64,000 nucleotides of DNA, taken from the human T2T-CHM13v2.0 reference genome, Homo sapiens. The notes under the pieces were generated by a model. It was not told the DNA's origin. It made no database searches and saw only the letters and a list, made by a program, of their open reading frames with translations. Shown piece after piece: positions 55,715 to 64,000 of the stretch. The first letter of the stretch is position 1. Every line of letters begins with the position of its first letter. The position numbers and the translations under genes are program-made. Where the stretch lies: NCBI RefSeq assembly GCF_009914755.1, contig NC_060934.1; one strand, written 5' to 3'.

Positions 55715-58203
55715 TACCTGGAGGGTGAGTAAATGTGGTCCCAAACCCTCTTTCACCTTTGTTTCTGAGGCTTCTCATCCTCAGACTTTTTTCTGAAGGC
55801 AGATGAAGCACCAAACCTCTGGTGAGCCAATTAAGAATGAATGACGCAGTTACAGAGGACAGGATACAACCCTGCCACCTCTCTCTCTCTTTCAGGTCAA
55901 AGAGATGTTGGCTTTGTTTCCCTTCATGGAGGTCTAGCCATCACGTGGAACCAGAATAAGGTCCTGGGGCAACTGAAGGCATCTGGCCGAGGACTTAATT
56001 GCCAGGAGGCCCCTAGACTTGGCTCCACCCCTGACCACCCCATTATGGCATCAGCCAAGACCCGCAGACTTTTCTATGGTATTTTTCTTTTCTTCTTTCA
56101 TGGTTTGAAGTGGCTCCTATCTCTTCTTTTACAGCATTAAGTGTGTTGTTGCAAACTGCAGAAATATTACCAGGTAGAATGAGCATTTGGCCTAGCCATC
56201 AGATATGCAATTCAGAACAATGTGATTTTCATCTGTTCTTAGAGGCACGTCCCCTACCCCCATCCCAACAGCCACAAGCACACATGGTGGACAAATGGGT
56301 GCACCGCAGCTACCCGCTCCCCCCTCCCCTCCTGGCTGGGGCATGTGGCTGTGTCCAACGCATGCCTGTGCTGCATCCAACAGCCACGCAGGGCAGGAGT
56401 GAGCCGTGTCTGCTGCCTGGGACCCAGGGAAATCTTAGGTGCCAGGGGCCCTGCACAGCCAGCTGGTCAGCATTTTCTGCCCACCGCCCCCTCCCACCAC
56501 ACACCCATTGAATCTTTCCTCTCATGGCTCAGTCTGAACGAGAAGGAGGGTCCAGTGACTAAGAATCTCTCCCCTTTGGAGGAACCCATTTGCATGGAGC
56601 AAGAAGTTTTTTCCCCCCAGGCACCTTCCCTGCCCTGCACTTAAGCTGTTTTTTTTTTTTTCTTTTCTCCAACATGTCGGTAGTTAACACAGCCCTGCGA
56701 ATACAGGAAGCTTTTCTATGTGAGGTTTTTTTTTTTTTTTTTTTTTTTTTCCTTTTGAAAGGTATTTTACTAGGCCAGGACCCAAAATCACAGAACTCCC
56801 TTTTCTCTCCCTTGTTTGAGGATGACCCAGCTCTACAGCTTTACTTTAGCATTTGACTTACATAAGGAAGCAGCAGAGGAGCGACCCTGTTGGCTGTTGG
56901 CTGCTGGCTGCAGTCTGGTGAGGACCACCTGGGACTTGATGAGTCCATAAACCCTCCTGAGGCAGCTTTTTGTCTCAAACTCAATTCCAAGCTTCAGATT
57001 GAAGCCCTAGTAAGGAAAACGGGATCTGAGGGATCCAGAGGCAGATGACAATGGAAGTCAAGGGGCACAGCACAGGTGAGCGTGACTGACTAATTCCTGC
57101 TGATTAAGTCCCCCTTATTTCAAGGATAGAGGTCATGCTAGTATCCATGCCATAAATGAGGTCTGGGGAACCCAAAGGTTACTGATAGCATGGGGGACAG
57201 GCAGCATGTGGGCAAATGCAGATAATTCCCATCCCCTAGGCACCCCCTGTTAACATGGGTGAAAGCCTCATTGGCACCCATGGGCAGCACCCTGCCAAGG
57301 TCACTGGGACTCAGGGATGTAAGGACCCAAAAAACAAATGGAGATGCCTCTTCTTTCTCTCCCTCACATACCCTGAGTATTCACTGGGAAGAGAAAGTAA
57401 CTAGGGACACTTTCTTCCCCTCTTTCGAGATGGGTAACCAATCTTCTTCAGTCTGTACTTCTCTGAAATGCCTCCTGAATCACTGTGATTCTTTTGGAAA
57501 AAAAAAAATGCCTTCTTTCTGCTTTTTCCTCCTCTGTCCTCTCTTTGGGGATGGGTAATTGTGTCCCTGTACCTAACATAGGACATTCCCCTTGGATGTG
57601 TCCCCCAAACTGGGAAGAGTTAATTTCCCCAACCCTTAAAATGCTTGGCTTAAAATTGAGCTTGGGTGAAGGGAACTCAGAAGCCTGAAATGCCAGCAAA
57701 AGGGTAAAGATTTCTTACCAGTCAGACTTCTGGTCTCCCTCTCCCTGTGCAAACCAGTTGAATGAATGAGAAAATCACTGTTTATATCCTCTGTAAGATT
57801 TTGATGCATGGAAAAAAAGGATTTGTGAGGCTAATCTTAAGCTGCAGCCAATCTGGTGTACTTTGTGTGTCTTTCTGCATGGTTCTGTCATAAGGAGGAA
57901 TACCTGAGGATAGAGCATGGCCTAGTACCCCATGAGCCCACTGTTCAAGCCAGCCCCGCAAACTGGTCAGTAACGAACTGTGCTGCAGGTCTCCATCTTG
58001 TCTTATGTCCTTGGCAGCTTGACCTTGTAACCACGTGGCAGTCCTTTCTTTTGGTCTCCACCATTTTACAGTGGTGGCCAGGGTTCAATCCTGGCTTTAG
58101 GGAATGAGTACTTTCTGCTTAATATCTGTGACTTTTACCATTTCCTGATTCTCTTCCCTTCGATGAACAACTTCTAGCTTCCTTTCTTAAATCTTCTTTT
58201 CTC

Positions 58204-58392
58204 GGCCAGGCATGGTGACTAACACCTGTAATCCCAGCACTTTGGGAGGTCGAGGCAGGCAGATCATGAGGTCAGGAGTTCAAGACCAGCCTATAATATA
58301 AAAAATAGCCAGGTGTGGTCGTGCACGCCTGTAGTCCCAGCTACCCGGGAGGCTGAGGCAGGAGAATTGCTTGAACTCGGGAGGCGGAGGTT
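58204..58392 (+). mobile_element. 3'-truncated, tail-less AluS inside the provirus
   Basis: Intact 5' end, ends at ggaggcggaggtt; flanked by tttctc at 58198-58203 and 58391-58396. Confidence 0.85.
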
Positions 58393-59699
58393 TCTCTGAG
58401 CTACTTTAAAGATTCCAGATTTTGTAAAAACTACTTACTACCTTATAAAAAATACCTTGTACATTCATGGTTAAGTCATAACCTTAGTTGAGGCTTCTTG
58501 GTTTCAACTGTGAAGGTACTTTTGGTAAAGTTCAAAGGCTAGAAATATTGGCCACTTGGTGTGGCTAAAGTCTGGTAACAAATAATTTAAAAGGATTTTC
58601 TTAAAGAGCACTATCGTTAAAAGTCAGCTTAATTAAAAGTGGCTATCTGAGCTGTAGGTATGTTGAAAAGGCCTTTGTGTTTTTCTCTTCATGGATCTTG
58701 TTTTTCTGGAAAAAGATTTTTTTTCTCAGTCGACTGAATTACTTTTCTCCATTTTGTCTTGCCACTCTCAGTACACGCGTGAGAGGCCCTAAGATAACTT
58801 CTGAGAGCATGGGACTCCTTTGCAAAAACAGAGAAGCTGCCACAGACCCCATTTTTGGGGGAAAAAAACCTTTGTTTTCCTTCTGGAACCCCAGGAATTA
58901 AAAAGCAGCTAGATCCCTCTTAAAACTGGTTTTGTCTTTCAGCTATGCTTGTTATTAGGCCCTAGAAACTGCATATTTTCCTAGCCCTGTTTCTTGAAGG
59001 GCTCCACCCTGAGGCCAGTAATCCAATTAGGATATTGGCAAATGAAAAATCTTACAACTACTGGATCTTCTTCTGTCCATCTGTGTAACCATGTATGTGT
59101 TATGTGTGTGATGGTTATATTAAAAAGAGGTCTTGTAAATTGGCTTAAATAAAATGAAGTGCTTAGATCAAATATTTTTTGAAGGAAAAATAAAAGCTGT
59201 AATGCCTTTTAGTTCATGAGACTTTAATCTTTGAGAAATAAAAACAGTTTTAAAGATAATTGGTAAAATACAAATGTCTTCAAAATGTAAATATGTGGCC
59301 TAAATTATGCGGATAAGATACTAGGTTTGCTAAGTATTTTAAGCTTATAACCTCTTCTTTGGCTTTTGAGAACTGTTTGACTTGCCTGTTTTATAATTTG
59401 GTAAGGCTTGGGGACATATGAAATTAACCACGCCCTTAACTATGCTGGAAAGAGTCAGATTTTATGTGCACTGAGTACATGATTAAAATAACTCACCAGG
59501 TTTTAAATTAAAATTTAAAATTGCTAAGAGTTGCCATTATAACATGCAATTGAAACTACTGAAAAGAGATTTACATGCAAAATGTGCAAGGAAAGTAACA
59601 TGTGTTTTGAGTAAAAGATTATAAGAAGACATGGGAGTGTAAAGTTTTGCCTAGTTTAGAGGGTTAAAGGATTGTTTTGAATTAGATAAGATAATGCTG

Positions 59700-60078
<379 letters not shown>

Positions 60079-62009
60079 TCATATGGATTTTCCATAAATT
60101 GAGCATTGAAATAAAAGCACAACAAGGTTTTATTAAGGCACTGACTTGCTCTTTAAGAAAAATAGTAAACAATAATGAATGGTTTTTGTCTTTTAAAAAA
60201 TTATTGAGTCATCATTTTGACTAAATAAAATGACTTACAGTAATCTGGAATTCTACTTCACAATATCAAGTGCTTTGAACCTCTAACATATTTAACAGTC
60301 TTCCCAAAATCAAACTTGAGTTTCAAGGTTGTCTTTCCTGACCCCTAACTTTTGGATGCTACAGAGGGCCCCTGGAGCGTCTGAAGGAGAGGTAAACAAG
60401 ATTATTTGACATGTTTAGTCACGTGGGATTGCCAAAATAAAAATAATGTTTAACCTTCTTCAGGTTATATTTTAGTGAATAATGTTAATATATGTTCCAA
60501 AATTGTATGGGATTTCTAAAAATCTAATGTCTGAGTATACGCCATTGATCATAATTAAGGTTATTATGTTAAGCTATTTTAAACCATAGAAATAACCAAA
60601 TTTCTTTGTCAATCATGTTTTTGACTGTAACTACCCTGGACATTTTGTCATTCACAGATGATTGTTGTCATGCTTTGATCCTTTGCAAAAGCTATAGGAC
60701 TTTGACAGGTGCTGTCAAATGCAGGTTTCTGATAGCTCTGGAGATTGTGACATTGGAATAGAGGGGAACATACAGGACTCATGAAGAACTGAAATGCTTA
60801 TGAATATCAAGCAGAATAAGAGTTAACTGAAGACACTGAAGTATCAGAAAATTGAAGTAATTTTTTAAACTTTTTCTGAAAACATTGCAGACCTTTATTT
60901 TTTCAGAGCCAAGGAAACTTTTTTGAGCATCTACAGCTTCTAACATGAGTAAGGTATACTCTTATAAACAAAATTTGGAGCATATTTTTTTCTCTCTGCT
61001 TGGTTTCTCTAGATTTGGAAACTGTGAGTATTCTTAAGTTATGGGAATACAGTTATTTGGATCAATGCAATAAGAATCCATTTTCTTTTGCAACAGGATG
61101 CAATTGGAGAAACAGGTTGTTTTACCAAGTCTTTGACTGTAAATGTGTGCTTCCCTTTAAGGAATTGAGCTTGACTTGCAAAGCCAATAAAATCCCCTTG
61201 GGAAAACTGGCCTCATACCTTGTCAAAACAGTTCCTATACAGGGTTCCTAACCTGTGGTGAGTAAACAGTGTCATTTCTAACAGGCCCAGGAGCCCCATG
61301 TTGTCTTGGGACTTGAAGAAGAGAGGGATTTATCCAACTCATAGGTATTTGAGGGTACAAACCCATGGCTAGGCTCGGCTTTAAAAGGTCTTATCTGAGA
61401 TTCCTTGTGGAATGGAGTTCCATCAAAGCCAATTTAAAAAGCCTACATGAAAGATAATTATTCTTGTTACACTTTATGCAAATGATCAAGCCAAGACTAA
61501 AGTTTATTTTGAAAACAACTCAGTCCTATCATGATTTGTTTTGACAAAAATGTGGATTGGAGAGAAAAAAAATTATGTTTCAAAACTTATATTTGTCATT
61601 GAATTCTAATCTCAGTTGTTTTTAAGTTTTTGCTTACATTTTAGACTAAGACTGCTTATTCCTGTGAACTAACCAGTGGTCTCTGGGTGCAGCTTAGAAG
61701 AAACAGAAGGGATGGGTAATGTAAAAATCTAGATCAACATTCTAGTTCTGAGCAATTATCCTGCAAATCCTGCCAGGTGATAGGAGTAAATAGGGTGCCT
61801 ATTACCTGGAGGTTTCTTTGTTTGGGAAAATAAGGCCAGTGGAGCTAACCAAAGCCAAGCCCCATGAACCCAACTCTTAGCAAGCAAAACTATAGCCACC
61901 AGTTATCTGGGCATTCCAGCAGCCTCAGGATTTTTAAGCTGTCCTTACCCCCTTGTTTCATTTTGATACATCTCTTCTAATAACCCGGTTTGTCTCTTCT
62001 TGACTTCAG

Positions 62010-62102
62010 GCTGTCAGACTCCAAAAGGTCATGCAATTGGAGCCTTGGATAATGGCTCCCATTCACCAAGTTCCTTTAGATAAGCCTCTGAGGGAGATCT
62101 GA
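62010..62102 (+). pseudogene. ERV env cytoplasmic-tail remnant
   Basis: Translates AVRLQKVMQLEPWIMAPIHQVPLDKPLREI*, resembling the HERV-W/ERV9 Env tail AVKLQ..MEP...PLDRP. Confidence 0.6.
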
Positions 62103-62195
62103 CTGCTGTTTTCCCAAAACATCGCCCCCTGTCAGCAGGAAGCAGTTAAGATTGGTCTTCATCCCTATGCTAATGGCAGTGAGATATACCTCTTC

Positions 62196-62205
62196 AGAGG
62201 GGGGA
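62196..62205 (+). other. Polypurine tract
   Basis: agagggggga, 2 nt before the 3' LTR. Confidence 0.8.
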
Positions 62206-62207
62206 CA

Positions 62208-62733
62208 TAAGAGTGGCAGGAGGCAGCCAAATGCCTAGGCCGACAGGTGCAGGTCCCCGTGAATCCCCACCTCCAAGCCAAAGACAGTTTAAAGCCTGAA
62301 AGCCAAGCTACAAGTCAACCCCTCAGATCAGATTGAGAACTTGTCTTCCTGTTTGGCATGCTTTCCTCTGATTGATCCCCACCCTTCACCTATTTTACGT
62401 ATACCTGCTCTTTCCTAACTGGTTTTCTACACTGCCATACCCAGCTTTGAGTGGTGTCTTCACTTTAACCTTTTCTGCATACTCACAAACCAATCAGCAT
62501 GCAGTCTCCATTCTGAGTCCATAAAAGGCCCAAGACCCAGCCACTTGGTGGGGACTTTCCCACCTTCAGGTAGGGGAACCACCCCCGCCCCACCATCCCT
62601 TCTTTGCTCAAAGCTTTCATTTTGCTTAATAAATTCTACTCCACTTAATCTCTGGTGTCCACACACCTAATTCTTCCTGGTTTTAAGACAAGACCTCGGA
62701 CCTAGCTGAGCTAAGAAGCTAAGGACCACAACA
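62208..62733 (+). mobile_element. 3' LTR of the provirus
   Basis: TA(G>A)...CA, collinear with the 5' LTR; intact AATAAA at 62628-62633. Confidence 0.9.
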
Positions 62734-63839
62734 CTGCCACCTCCCAGGCTTGGAGGATAGCACGAACTCCAGAACTCACCAGCATTGGAAGAGTCCATAA
62801 CTCTCCTCTGAGCAGACTGTGATGCTTCAGGATAAGACCAGAGCTCCCGTCTTTTCCCCAAGTGAGCCCGCCCCAAGCGTGCTTTGTTTTTCAAAGCCTC
62901 AGGAGCAAGAAATGCAGAATTAAAGCCAACAGCTCAGCTCTGAACGTGATATCAGGTTGTGTTTGTCCCCTAACCATACACAAACATGCCCTGCCCTTGC
63001 ACACCCAGCGTCTGCCTGGGCTGTGTTCTGAGCCCTTGCAGTCAGCTCAGCCCACGGTGGCAAAACAAACACACAGGGCAATTCTGCAGAGAAGAGCTGC
63101 CTAGGGGCATTTGGGCCCAGATTTTATTTGAAGAAATGTGGGAGAAGCCACGGCACTCTCCCCAGAGTTCCTGCAAACACAGCATTCATGGCTGTGAGGA
63201 CTGGGATGGGGACAAGCCACCTCTCCAGAGCCACCTGCCACCTTGCTCCTGTAGGGACCCTCAGCTCCAAGCAAACCTGTTTAAAAGCAAACCTCCAAGC
63301 AGACAGGCACCTGTCACCACCCACAAGCCTGACCTTCTCCCTTTCCTTTGGCTCTGCTGACCCCTTCCTGTCTGTGCAGTTCCACAACCCCTGCTGGCCC
63401 CCTGACACTGTGGTCTTCCTGGTCCAATGCTGGGCAATGGGGACCCTGAGATAAGGAAGACGGAGTGCCAGCACCCCCAGACCTCACATTCCAAGGGAGA
63501 AGTCAGGGACTTATACAGACTAATATGATTCAAGGCACTAAGAGCCCAAACAATGGGACACAGCCTGATAAACAGCCTGGAGAGTAGGGAGGCAATCAGG
63601 GAAGGTTTCCTGAAGGAGGAGAGACCTGAGCAGAGTGGAGAGTTGGCCAAGCAGAGGAACTTGAGGGCATTGTCAGCAGAGGGGATGGATGCAACACCAC
63701 CTTGAGGAGATCCTTCTTCCCTGCACCTTCTCACCTCCAATCTCAACACAAATTTCTCTGTACCACCCACTGGTGTGGCCCCTGGTGTATGCTGCTCTGT
63801 GTAGCAGTGTGTTCATCTGGCTGCTTGGCATGACCAGAC

Positions 63840-63847
63840 TGTGTGTG

Positions 63848-63882
<35 letters not shown>
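63840..63882. repeat. (TG)n microsatellite with one CG interruption
   Basis: Alternating purine-pyrimidine run. Confidence 0.95.
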
Positions 63883-63885
<3 letters not shown>

Positions 63886-64000
63886 TGTGAAGAGAGAGGG
63901 AGAGATTTATACTCTCCTTCTACCCTCTGTGCTGTCCCCAGAACACTCTCCATTAAAGCTTGTTGAGCAAATATCAATGACAACATCTCCAGCACAGCCA

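Overview
This is primate, almost certainly human, genomic DNA; a young AluYa5-like element is present. I find no convincing host protein-coding exon, RNA gene or CRISPR array, and I cannot name the locus from sequence alone. The only ORF with clear protein homology is an L1 ORF2 C-terminal fragment. The window is repeat-rich: about 17 Alus, L1/L2/MIR remnants, MaLR/ERVL LTRs and hAT/Tigger MITEs. It also holds a complete non-autonomous ERV1-class provirus at 55180-62733, with both LTRs, a CTGC target-site duplication (TSD), a tRNA-Ile primer-binding site (PBS), a polypurine tract (PPT) and an env-tail remnant. Two CpG islands with no evident gene (~15.2-16.55 kb and ~45.55-46.65 kb) sit beside repeat-poor, homeodomain-motif-rich DNA, suggesting developmental enhancer territory. 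I do not see a novel multi-gene system. The strongest unexplained structures are: (i) a 27-bp exact copy of a DNA-transposon segment 3.3 kb away inside an unrelated LTR (templated insertion); (ii) ancient MIR/MER5 repeats inside both CpG islands that have gained GC/CpG; (iii) an L1PA inserted at the edge of CpG island 1; (iv) a tail-less Alu with a TSD; and (v) one Alu with three tandem duplications. Repeat family names come from my recall of consensus sequences, not from a database run.
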